Assembly (NCBI GenBank): GCA_030704615.1
Contig: CM060731.1
Span: 48,670,001 to 48,734,000 of the forward strand
Direction: 5' to 3'
Origin: Takakia lepidozioides
Lineage: Eukaryota; Plantae; Bryophyta
Length of the DNA stretch: 64,000 bases
Positions 24,701 through 37,500 of this stretch are shown in pieces. Under the pieces are notes generated by a model. That model was given only the letters and a program-made list of their open reading frames with translations. It did not search any database and was not told the DNA's origin. The number at the start of each line of letters is the position of its first letter. Positions within the stretch are counted from its first letter, which is position 1. Both the position numbers and the translations under genes were made by a program.

Positions 24701-27700
24701 TTATTGCTGGCAGACTCCAACTTAATCACTTCTGAGCTACTCTTATCTCCAAACACTGCAATAGTTACATTTGCAGATGTACTGGCTGCTTTGACATCAG
24801 TGGTTTTGGTAATCACTTTATAATTTCTTTGTCTCTGCTGGGGGTTGCAAATGTCCGAGGAGCTCTCTGCTAACATGTCCATCTCCTTGGATAGCATCAA
24901 GCCACTGACTGCATGGAAAAAACCATGTGAGCTTTTGTTCTTCCGTCTCAATGTCAATCCTGTCCAGGAACCAGCTTGGGCTAGGTCCTTTGTTGTCATG
25001 ACCAACTTCCACCTTCGTCAGATCCCCCACAATCTGGAGCTTCAACAAAAACACATCTGTTTTGCCCCGGTTGAATTGGTCCATGGACCCATTCTCCAAT
25101 CTCTGCGGTCCGCTGTCATTTATCTCTCCAAAGATTGTGAGGTGTACATTGGCACTGGTACCAGCACTCCTACAGTTGCCGGTCTTTACAGAGACTTTGT
25201 AACAGTGAAGGTCGTGGTGCGGATTCACCAGCTCTGCATGCAACTCCCTGGTTATGAATCCATCTCCTTCATACTGATCCAGCTACATTCCACAAGGGAA
25301 GTACACAGGCTCGCCTGTCTGGCAAGGAATTACTTCCACCATATCCAGGTGCCATCCAGGAAAGGGTCCTGTATTGTCATGTCCTATTATAATACTGTGA
25401 AGTGGCTCCACATCTGTAGATTCCAGCATGAATTCATCAATCCTGCCTCTTGCAAAAGCTTCCCGAGAAGCTCGTAGCACTTGTTTCCCTGTGGTACTGT
25501 ACAGTGGCATCAGTACCAGCATTCCGGATGTCAGTAGTGTGGATGATGACTTTGTGCTTCATTCTTCTTAAGCGGGGATCCTGAATCACACTTTTCAGTT
25601 CTCTACTAAGCACCCCAATCTCTTATCACTAGACAGCCACTGTCCACACGGAAAGTATGTAACCACTTTGTTGGTGGAGTCTTCCACCTCAACTAAGTCC
25701 AGATACCAATCAGGGCTCGTGCCCTGGTTGTCATGCCAGATCTTCAATGCCTTCAGCCTCCCCAGATCTTTCCACTCAAATCTAAACTCGTCTCTGCCCC
25801 CAAGCTCAAAGCTTGTAGACCTGCCAGGAAGACGAATCTCATCGCTATTTCCTTTCTCCCCAGCAACAGAGATCAACACATTTGCATCAGTGCTTGCACC
25901 TTTCAGATTTCCAGTGAACACTGTCACTAAATATTCCATTATACTTGACCGAGGGTCTTGCATAACAGATGAAAGCACCCGCCATTCCCGGTCATCTTTC
26001 TTGCTTGCATTGATCCCATCATTGCAAGGAAAGTAGACCTTTGTACCTCTGGGCCCTCTTACAATCTCTACCTGCAAACAGATACGCATATGTTTTCTTG
26101 TTCTAGCTTGAATATGCTATCTCTCTATACCCACCTAGCTCCTGAAAGACACTTCGAAGTTCAATGAGATCATGCACCTTGAGGCTGCTGAGCCAACAGG
26201 CACACACAATTGTCTGGAGCTGTAACTGTTTCTGAGAATCATTGAGCTGTTCTTTACCGAGAGGCAGACTGCGGATCTTTCTACATTGTCCTGTGGCCCT
26301 CAGGACTCCCCGTAGATATTCTTGAGTTTTTCTTTTTTCTTTCGCTTTCTCTCTGAATCTATTCTTCTCTGGAACTCCTGTGGAAGTACGAAGTCCTACT
26401 TCTTTGCATGAGTACAAAATTGCACAGAGAATTAGATGGCTTTGCTTGCAGGTAAACAAAAGTATTGAAAGGTTGAACTGCCTTACTTGTTCAAGATGCC
26501 AAGCAGAGTTGGTACATTTGCCATCATCGAGTGCAACCTGGATTTCCTTCAACTCGTCGACATCTTTCGCTTCCACCTGTAATCAAGCACTCTACAACCT
26601 CCAGATTTGCCTCCAAATCCCTAACTGTCTTTCCACAATATCATTGTACTCCCAAAAGACAAACAACTGTCAAATGCTCCAAAGCACTTTCTGTTCTTTT
26701 ATGATTTTTTCATGGATAGAAAACATGGGTTCTTGATTTTCAGCCTGTTGATGCCTCATAGCAATAGGTGCGTAGGTGGGGTAAATGGCAGGGCCAAATT
26801 TGAGTGTCCATCCCACCACCCACCACCCAATATGTAAGATGGTGACGTTGGGGGCTCATTGACTTACTAGGTTTACTAGATACAGTCCCTCCCTGTGAGA
26901 CTACAAGAAGTGCTCGCCCCATCTTCAGAGATGCCCATCAATGCCTGTACTTCTCATTAGCAGACATACCAGGAACATGTCCATGTCTCCTTTTCGAAAG
27001 TTTTCATTGGAGTCCTCCAAAAGCAGCTTGTGACCTCCCCATGCTCCCCACATAACACGAAGTGCACATCACCGCTTGTTCCAGCGCCCTTGACGTCACT
27101 GGTTCTTATTGTGACTTCATACAGGCAAGCTTTTGGGAGTATGTCCTGGCCCTTTCTGAGATCCATTGAGTACGACAACCCTGTAGGGTCAGCTGACCAT
27201 TCTCCAGAAAGAAATGTTGTCTTCTGATCACTCCTTCCAATTTGGAGCAGAACATGTTTGGGATACCAGTTAGGTCTCACAGCCCCTTCCTCGTACACAA
27301 GTCTTACAGTCTCTAGGCTTCCTACACTTCTGGTCTGAATCTCAAAAATATCCACACCACCTCTCTCAAACACATACCCGGCTTTTGAAGGAATTTGCTT
27401 GAGGCATTGGAGAAGACCCATATCATCAGTGCTCCCAAGGCTGCCCTGAAAGCTGAGAAACATCTTTGCTTCCAATCCGGTTCCCTCTACAGCGCCTGTG
27501 TGCACCTCCACCCTGACACCATAGAGGAGAATACAGTTACTTTTGGAAACCTCCTCCCACATATCCCCCACCCACCCCGTCCTTAAAAAAGAAATGACCT
27601 TTCTCCAGCCCTAACTCTCTCCCTCCTTTCTGCCACCACTTGCGCAGTAAATTTTTGCTCGATCCACACAAATAATTGTTGTTTATCAAAATGGTATATG

Positions 27701-30700
27701 CATCTTTGGCAGAAATGTCCAACGGTTCCAGCTTCATGATGGTTAGTCACCTATACAGTTCTCTTTCCAGGACAGAAATCTTCTCTTTGGCCTGAAGCCA
27801 CTTCAGTTTCCAGATCTCATTCTCCTGCATCCTCAGTTGTTCTTCAGTCAACTGCACCTGCTTTTGAAGATCCTGCGTTGATTCCATCAAGGCAATGTTC
27901 TCCTTGGCCTGAACCAACTTCTTCTGAAGCTCACTCTCTTGGCTCCTCAACTTTTCTGCTGTTGGCAGTATTTTACACAGATCCTCCAGCTGCACCCACT
28001 GTTGTGACACAGTTTCATCATGAAGATATTCAGTGCTCAGACACCTAACAGGCACTCCAATTGTCTTGTTTTGAGAAAGCAAGACTTGAAAGACCACAAA
28101 ACCAGATACTGGGTGCTGAGTGGGTGGGCGGTTCCATGGTTTTAAGATCAATGCATGGCATTTTCATGGAGTCTGACATCAATTTAAATACTTTTGAGTA
28201 GAAGTGAGAAAATGAATTCCTATTGGGTACAATTTCTCAGCATACACTGACGGCTACACATGAGAGGCATCGAAGGTCAACAACAAGGTGAACCAAACCA
28301 AGCTCGACTCTTAACCAGGCCTTTGGAAAGCCTGTTATAGTTACAAATGGAGAATGACACATCAGCAAACATGCCTGGTTTTCTGTAGTAGAATCTTGTG
28401 CTTGCTCTTCTACTCGGGATCCAAGCATGGTTGTGCGCTCAGCTGTGGTAATATAAAAGTGCCATGCCTTTGATATTGCTTGGACCCACTCCTTGGCTTC
28501 CTCCTCCGAATCAGCTGCCATATAGTGTGTCCCCTCCCCACACTGTATACTGAAGCAGCACTTATCCAGCTTCTTCGATAAGGACCTGAAAGGCCCAAAT
28601 GACCAAGATTAAAGAGAGAATCCTTGTTGCACTTTCACTTGCATTCTATGAGCAAATATGACCTCCACGGAGAGACAAGGAATTTCTGAATGACTTCATC
28701 ATTGCCTCTGCCTAAGTTTTATCAGATTCTCTTGAGGTCTACCTCTCTCCCTCCCTGCAACACTTCACTTATTTCACCTGTCATATTTGACATTCGACTC
28801 ATATTTGACGTCGCCATGCCAACTGTTCCACACTGCAAGTGAACATGTCCATATTGCAGGTACTCACATTGGCTGTCACTGGATAGGTTTGCTATTAGTA
28901 TGAAGCAATGCATATATTTGTCAATGCATGTCTTGGCCGTATCCTTTCACTCCCAAGTTCTCCAAATTTAAAGTACTATTTCACATTGATTTTGCACATC
29001 AGAGACCCAACTCCGTACCCAGATCATGATTCTTCCCAAGGATAGAGAAACACAGCTAGTCAACTGTCAATCATATTTATGAATGGATTATTTGCCATTT
29101 TCCCCAAAGTTTCAGAAAAATGACTATTATTTCTAACAACAAGAGCTACTGCCCTTAAGTGTGTGGCAAGTCAGCCACAGTGGGAGGCTCTGATCCTACT
29201 TAGTCTTCACTGACGGTTAAATGCTTGGTGACCTCTTCATGCTTCTGCAGTGACATGTAAATGATAGACACTTGGACACTTACAGCAAGCCTCCTGGCAC
29301 CATGCTTACACCCACACTGGGCCTATACCCATGTGGATATGGCCTGACTTGATTTTGGTCCAAAGGTAAGTAACTCACTCCTCTTGGGCTTTCATTTGGA
29401 TCTGAACACATGCAACTCTGAATAAGCTCTCATTCCCACTTTAGCCTTCCTTTGGAGGCCTTCTCAGCACATGCATTCGAAATGTCATGTTTAAATTTGT
29501 GCAGCACTTGATTTCATTTCAGAAGGACATTCTCGGTGCACATGTTTGTCTGTGTGTGTGCATGCCATCACATACATGGTGATGTGTGACTCTCTCTCTT
29601 CTCCCTCCTATCTTCAGCTGTCCTCCTTGACTCTGTGGGATTTCAAATTTGTTAGCAAGCCATTGTCCTCTGCTTGCATAAAGATCCTGCCAACCTGTGT
29701 TGACCAACAATGAAGCTCTCAAACAGTAGTCTACTTCTGAGTGCTTGTGGGATGAAGGTAATGCACTTTGATAGATTTCCGAAAAACCTGACAACGTCGT
29801 TCAGTGCGGAGTTTGCAATCAAAGAAGAAGCCCAAAAACCTTGGATTTTGTGCAGAGCAATATTACCAAAGCTCAGGGGTCTACCTTCAGAATCCGCATA
29901 ACAGAGGTGGTCTTCGAAAAGGGTAAAGTATTTCCTTCTCCAGATCCTTTGGCTTCCTTTCCCATACAGCTTTTGAAGATAGCCACATTGCGATGCCTGC
30001 TAGCCATCCATACAGGCAGCTTTTCAAGACCATCGGATACGTCTCTGGGCAGACCAGGGCATTCCATGGGTAGGGATTTCAAAATGCATTCCTGTCGGTT
30101 CATTACATGTCAAAATGCAGTCCTATCGATCTTTGCTGCCCTGGATGATAATTTAGAGGGAAAATGTGAATGTTTAGGGCTCGGAGGCCTCCACCACGAA
30201 TCACTAGATTTGTGTACGACTTGGTGAACTGGTTGCCAATGTAGCCGCAATATAGCTATGCATTTGAATTACCTGCAATTGCTTGGTTTAGGGCGGCCAT
30301 GGTATATGCAGCCCAGTTTGAGCAGAAACTCTAGAGGTGAAATGCATTGGAGCTACCTTTGAGGTCGATCGGACAGTTTCAGATGCCCTCACGGCCAGCA
30401 AACGTGATTATCAAATGATAGATTCTAACCATTGCACAACGTGTATCGATATAAGCTAGATGCTTTGGTACCGGATAACGCGTCGGATGAGGGGCTTCCG
30501 CAGCAGCGTAAGGCACTTGACCAGGCAGGGAGGGAGTCATCATACACACACAAAGACTCACACACTAGGTAGTGATATGCACAGCGACACACTTCAATGC
30601 AGAGGCAGAGAACCAGGAATGCAGCCAAAACATCTCCAAGACTTCAACATGATCTCGAGTTCCGAGCAGAGCAGAGGTTCATAATTCCTCAACTTGACAG

Positions 30701-33700
30701 ACGATCCCAGCATCAGATTGCTTGCGAAGGCAGCCTCACACGATCCGAGCGGTGCGAAACCCTAACCCCGTTGCAGCAATGGCAGTTTCAGAATTTTCTT
30801 CATTCTAGTTATATTATTCTTTCAAACTTTCAGAATTTTCTTCATTTCTAGTTATATTATTGCCACGCTAATTCCGAATATTCTTAAGGATGGAAAAGTG
30901 TCTACTTTCATCCGAAACGTCGGACAACATTCATGGGGCCACGTTGCCGGCCGCACAGCTGCCATGACACGCCATCACTGCGACTGCGCCACGAGACAGC
31001 GACGGCGCGGCCGCCACGCCAGGCGTGCCGCGCACGTGAGGGAGCCACGTTCCCTCCGCGGGCCCCCCCTCACGTCGCCCACGTGCACCTCCCTCACCTT
31101 CCCCCACCTGTCCACGTCGCCGCAACGCGAGCGTCCGTCCAAGGTGTTTCTCCGTCGTCCGCGACGGAGGGCCACCGCCGACAACGCGTGGATGCCGACG
31201 AACGTTGGACGCCGTCACTGTGCAGCGCAGAAAAGACAAGCCCTAAAAAGGCGCAGTTGGGAGGCAGGGCGGCCTCACGTGGGTTCAGTGGTACCCGAAA
31301 CCGTGCGGCAACCCGCGCAACCGTGCTACGGCCACTCCTTGTCTTGACCGCGGTAACGGATTCCAAGGAGAAAGGAGCGGCGAGAGACAGATTGTTTCGG
31401 AGCGGTGGTCGTCCTTCCGAGGAAGATGAGGCACCATCGACGCTGTGATGCGGCCCCCTCTGCCAAGCACGTGCTGCTCTGCACACCTGCCACCACTGCG
31501 CGAGAGAGCCGCCCAGCAGCTTGAGGCCACACAAAGACTCGAGTAAAAGTATCGAGGCAGCCTCTATAAAAACTCGATGACCTCACCCGACCAACTCCAG
31601 CTTCCTCCCTGTAATTATATAAGCTATGTACATACTTACTTGCAGGCAGCTCTGTGGATATACCTACTTACTTACCTGGCAAGTGATGATGGCCGTCATC
31701 ATCTTCTTCGCCTGGCCAGACCAATGAGGTGAGGAAGGTGGCCACAGTAGCACCCCACACTGTACACACTGCGAGCTCTGTGCGCGGCGGCAAATCGGCT
31801 TCACTGATGATAGGAGGAGGAGCAACCCTGATGACGGGGGAATGCAGGCATGGCCGCATGTGTGCCTCACCGCCATCACGTGCCACGGCTGCCATCCACC
31901 CAGCTCATCTTTCGGTCAGTGCTACCAGAGCTCCCTGGCTCCACCTTCCTCTGTCGAGCTCTCGAATGTAAGCTTAGGTATTTCTTTGAAGCGAACTTTC
32001 TATACCCCTGTTGACAATTTTGAGCTGGCCCAGTTTCAGCCTGCCGCTTCCATTATCAACAACTGCGGTTCTATAAGACACGTTTGTTTACTAGACAACA
32101 ACGTTGATTCTATTCTTGCGTGGATCCAGTTCCAACTTCCTTTCCAAAAATCACGAAAAATTCGCAAGGGACGGTGCCAAACGGTGAGTGAGATCCTGGA
32201 GCGATGAGGTTTTGGAGGTAGCGGTGGAGGGCGGTGGGGGAACTTGGAAGGGCCATGAAAAAAGGTAGGCGCCATGGGGATCGTGCTCTGACATGTAGGC
32301 TCGCGCCTTCACGTGTCGCCCCTCGTGCCAACTGCTCCCTCCGCTTTTCTTAATTCTCATCCTCCACCAAACTTTTCGATCACAGAACGAAACTCATCTT
32401 TCATCCATCCCAGATTCTCGACTCCATCGCGTCGCCACGTTCATCCGTAGTAAAAACAAACCCTAAGTTGCAAGCGGCGCGTGGCGTGGCCCCAAATGTG
32501 GATCCGCCCTCCAGACATTCACCCAGTATTCTTTTGCCCTCCCACCAACCGCGCAGAGACACGCGCTGGGTGCAGACCACGTCGTCGCCTTCTCCGCCGA
32601 CCGCACGTGCGGATTTGGTCCCCGGTCATCCAGTCAATGTACCCACCAGCTGGGGTTTATTTACTAGTCGATTTTACTACTCCATCCAGAGCGTTGATCG
32701 AGGCGGAAATACGATTAAAATAAAGTAAAATAAATTAGATTAGCCAAATGAGAGCGGGGTGGTGTGAAAAGCGCGGCAAGAAAGGAGGGCGGAGGTGGGG
32801 CCGTGCAAAGTGGACAATGATGTGCAGCTGCTCATAATAATGCGCAGTCTGCCGCACGTGCGAACGTGCGCAGGGGGGATGCAGTCAGGGGGTGCAGAAG
32901 AGCGGGGTATATATCCTGACGCAACGGGGGAATGAGGGGCAAACGATATGGGATAATTCGGCGGAGGCGCGCGGCGAGGGAAAGCCAATTAAAACGCAGG
33001 GTCGCAGTGCCTCCAACCAACCCCGGCCTACCGGCGTAACGACTGTCGCCAAAAGCGCAGAAATTCCAAGTGACGTGCCAAAGATAAGGCGGCCATCAAG
33101 ACGCGCCCGGCGCTGTCACTGCGGCGCGGCTCCGCCCCTGCCGCGCGTGACTTGTGACGCCACGCATGCCTGCCACCTGCGCGCGTGCGGCCCGCCCGTC
33201 CGTTCGCCGGGTTCGGACAAACTTATTTGGATTACGATAACCCGGCTTGGTTAGCTTGGTCGTGGATAGCAGGACCGTAGTTCTCTTGCCCCTCCGTACC
33301 TTGTCGGGTTGGTGCGACCCATGTGCGGGCACAATTTTTACTGGAAGATTTTGTAGGGGTCCACAACATACTTGATGGCGCGACCCCACCAGCGGTGGTG
33401 CGCGCGACACCGGGAGTGGAACCTGAGACCTCATAATTAGGAGCAAATTGATGAGGAAGAGAGAGAGACGGCAGTGAGGGCTACCTTTCTCTGTGTCTCT
33501 CTCTTTTTCTGTCTCTCTCTCTCCCTCCCTCTCTCTGCCCCGTCCGCGTGCGTGCACAGTCCGTGCGTACACGACTTTGAGCCTGTCACATCGTGCACAT
33601 CCTGCATCGCACATCTCGATGTGAAGCTCCGCAAGAAGGATAGAGAGGTTGTAGAGATGGAGGCGGGGCTGTAGCGTGCGGTGGAGAGGTGAGAGTGCAG

Positions 33701-34522
33701 AAATTGGTCTGCATTCTGTGCCGTGCGGACTCGCGCGTGGTCGTTTTCTCTGGACTCTGCAACCGAGTGCGTGGCTTGCAGCTGAACTGTACTCTGCAAG
33801 CGCTGTCGCCTCGTACTACGGTATCTGCATAAGAATTTGTGCCTTGTGTCAAGAAGGCGAGCGTCGAGGGCTTGCTCTGAAGTTTGAACGGTCTGGTATC
33901 GAGAAATTAAGTTCGCCTGCGCGGTGGTTTAGCGTTGTTGTGGTGGCGACGGAAGACTTATTACCAGTCACGTCCGGTACGGGTTGAGTGGTGAATATCG
34001 AGGGTCCGAGGTGAGTGAGGGAGGAAGACGGAGAGCAGTTGGAATGGACGAGCACTGAGGGGTGAGGAGGCAAAGTCCAGGTTCTTCGAGATACTTCGAA
34101 GGAGGAGACGGTGTACCGGAGCCTTACAGGTAGGCCTGAATGGATTAAGCCTGGAGTCGTAAACTGATCAAACAATGTGCGGTCGATGGAGGTCAAATGT
34201 TGAGAAATTCAGCACGAAATTCAAAAGCTTGGTGGGACTAGCTCATGTTTGCAGAAGACAGTAACGGTGATAGGTGTGAAGCCACAGGCATGGATGTGAT
34301 CAATCTGTAAGAGGTGTTGCTAGCAAGGCCATGTACTACAGTCGTAGCGCCTTGTCGTTGCTTTCTCAGAAGTATTTGAATGCCAAGAAAGACAAACTTC
34401 GCATAGTTGTGGAGCTTGTAACAAACCTGGTTCAACTGTTCTGAAGCAAATATTCTAACAGGTGGAGAGGGTGGAGGGTGGCAACACTTGCCATGTGAAG
34501 CTGCTTAGCTGTAATCAGGAGA

Positions 34523-37500
34523 ATGGCGTTCTCGGCTGCTCTATGTCATAGAGAGCCGGGGTCGGGGGCTCCTGTGGGCCCTGTTGGATCAGCAGGTGGA
34601 TCATCTACTGCCTACGCAAACCACGCTGCTGGAAGCAAGGGGGAGTTCTCACAACAGCAACGCGATTTTCTGCTTCAGAGACAATTATTAAACCAGCACG
34701 TTGATATGTCTCAGTCTCACCATCTTGCTTCGAACGAAGGTGTGTTCTTTATTCTTACCTTGAGTTCTATGAATTTCGCAGACATCGCTAGCTTTGACAG
34801 AGTTTGAGTCAGTTCTTCAGAATATGTGTAGTTGTGTGCAATCGATGCTTTGGTAATGTGTGAGCTGACGATGAACTTTGTATGCAGGTGCAAAACCTTC
34901 GACACACGACTTTTTATCTTTATACAATACAGCAGCTTCTCAGTATGCGGAGCAAGGTTCCAGTAGAGGTATGTTTTTGGCTCGTTTGTTTTTGGCTCGT
35001 TCGTGAATGCTTTCTGTGATACTACATACTTTCCCAAATGAGTGCATTCTAGAGTTTCTTGCAAACTTGTGGATTATTTTGTTCTCACCAACTTGGTGAG
35101 GACCTGAATGCCATAAATTATGTGGCCAATTACAGGCGTGTTGATCAACTGTGTTACTTTTTTCCCTCAGGGTTGTCTTCGTCCCTTACAACTCAAGATT
35201 TCCTGCAGCCTTTGGAACGCGGCGGTGGTCGTGCTGCACACAGGGAAGGGCAGAACCTGCGGAGTGACAAGCATGCAAGAGGAGAAGGCTTGTCGCATGC
35301 TCCTACTCCCCCAGTCGAAGTCGAGCGGCTTCTTCCTTATTATCCAACCTTAGGCCGAGCAAATGGAATCCTGGAGTTACCGCCCAACTCTCTAGTTCGC
35401 ATCGTTGGGGAGGCCAGTGTGGAAGGCATTCGGAGCAGAGCTTTTAGCACCCCGGTGGGATCAAGGGAGGAGCACCCTGGTACTGACAGTTCAAGAGGTG
35501 TGGAGGTGACCATGGATCCGCACGCGGCCAACGCAAGAGGTTTGCTGGGCCCCACTTTTCTCTTATGTCTTAGGAACGAGGGGCAAGTACGAAGAGAGAA
35601 AACTTTCTTTGCAGCATTTCACTCAATCCTTATTTTTAAGCTCCTGCCAATTCTTGATTGCTTCTTTGTCAGTCAACCATGGATGGTCAGCTGGAACTTG
35701 TTATTCTGTTTTGCAACCTCTGCTGATTCAGCATGAATTCTGGGTGTGCAGAGACCCTGGCTTATTGGTCAAATATGAGGGTGAAGTTTGGGTTACCTCA
35801 AGATTTGACATATGCTGCAAGCAATGCATCATCGCAGCCTGTACTTGAAAATGGTCAACAGCCGACACCAATTTCTCTGAAGTAAGCATGACTTCCAGGT
35901 GCTGTGGTATTGAGTGTCTTGATTGGATAGCAAGTGAATGATTCGCAAGTTTGAGAGGTTTACTATTGACCAGATGTGTCCACCTGTAGGGGTTCTTTTG
36001 TTTTTCCCTTAATCTTCACTGGAGATTGATCAGGAATCTGTTCTCTTCACTAGAGTTCCAGAAAGAACCTTGCCCTGTTCTGCCCCTCCCTTATATCTTG
36101 GTATTTTCTCAATGGAGCTTTGGCAGTAGGACATTCAATTCATTCACCTTATTGTGTCGTTATAGCGAGAGAGTGAGGGAGATAGAGTGTGTGTGTGAGA
36201 ATATACTCGGGAGATGTGGCCTTCTGTGTGCGTGTGTGAGAGAGAGGTGAAAGGAGTAGTGACAGAATCGTATGGGTTTCTGCAGACAGTGGCCACAAGT
36301 CAATCAAGGGTTGATCGATACCACAAAGAGAAGTGCCCGAGTGCCATCAGAAGATGATGAAGACGAGGATGAGGACTATCACGAGACGGGAAGAGATCAG
36401 CGCAAAGACATTCCATTTCAGAAAGGTAGAAACCTGTTGAGTAGCATGTGGATTCAATGAACAACAGATGACTTGTCCTGGTACACTGGAAAATTCAATA
36501 CCCCTTCTGTGTTGAATACCCCAGTCTGGGTACTGAACATGCGCATCACTGAAATGTGACTGATTAAGCTAACTTGTATTTTTCAGGGGATGTATCACAG
36601 AAAATGGATACTAAAAATTCAGATATTAGGGGCGGCACTCCAAGGTCCAAGCACTCAGCCACTGAACAACGCAGACGCAGCAAGATCAATGACAGGCAAG
36701 TTGTTGTTTTCACCTTTGATCCACCTAGCACACCTCTCACTGCAGAGAGCTGAAAGTATATCTAATAAATCATTGGGTGCATTTGTCAATGGCATATTCC
36801 AGGTTCCAGATGTTGAGAGAGCTGGTGCCTCACAGTGATCAGAAAAGAGACAAGGCTTCGTTTTTGTTGGAGGTGAGGGAGTTACCTCTGATCATCCTTC
36901 TAGCTACAGGCATTTTTGTCTGAGATGAAATCCTTACGAAATGGAAAGTGCAAGACCCATCACTCTATGTCAGCTCAGGATAGAACAATGTAACACGTTT
37001 TTTGAGTTGTGTAACTTATTTGCTGCTGTGTAATCATGGGCTCGGAGGCTTTCTGCAGTATCGGATCATGTGTTTGCCTAGGTGCCTTCTAAAATTAGTC
37101 ACCGGCTGATGTGGCAGGTTATAGAGTATATTCAAGTCCTGCAGGATAAGGTGCACAAATATGAAACAGCAGAGCACGGGAGGCATCAGGAAAGGCTGAA
37201 AAACATGGTTTGGGATCTCTGTAAGGTGAGAACTTAAGCTTTATCACAAAGAAAACATTTGATCTTGTAGGAGATGACCAGCTCATCTGCCTGGATATTG
37301 TCCTATCCAGCCAAGAGACAGTAAGGTAAAATGTGTTAGCCTCTCTCATGTATGGGAATGAGACATATATGTGGGAGAGGTTTAAGTTGACCCTTTTTCT
37401 GAGGTTATATCTGGAGTTTTCAGTACTTTTGCACTGCATATATGCAGATGATTCTCTCTTGTGAAGATGGACAGTTGTGGTGATTGTTAAGGTTGTAATC

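Larger units (their letters stand above)
15465..29996 (-). pseudogene. PH + coiled-coil + about 13 PLAT/LH2-domain protein (LOXHD1-like), disrupted
   Basis: PH exons read GYLQKLYGKGSQRIWRRKYFTLF (29996-29885) and FSIQ...YMAADSEEEAKEWVQAI (about 28590-28380). A coiled-coil exon lies at about 28000-27750. Repeated Y.V.V.T..AGT.A.V / F.RG..D.F / IGHDN.G..P.W.L / F.C..W PLAT units run from 27520 to the stop at 15465. Multiple stops and frameshifts are present. The 5' end is uncertain (up to about 30780). Confidence 0.88.

Noticed and set aside
22890-26071. PLAT frameshifts explained as tiny introns or sequencing errors
   Set aside because: No suitable GT-AG pairs occur at the breaks. The lesions include a nonsense substitution, multi-codon deletions and a LINE-derived insertion, and flanking genes are clean.
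30880-32460. GC-rich island with many overlapping ORFs, possibly a gene or TIR element
   Set aside because: No recognisable domain, TIR pair or TSD was found. The ORFs are explained by high GC content between two divergent promoters.
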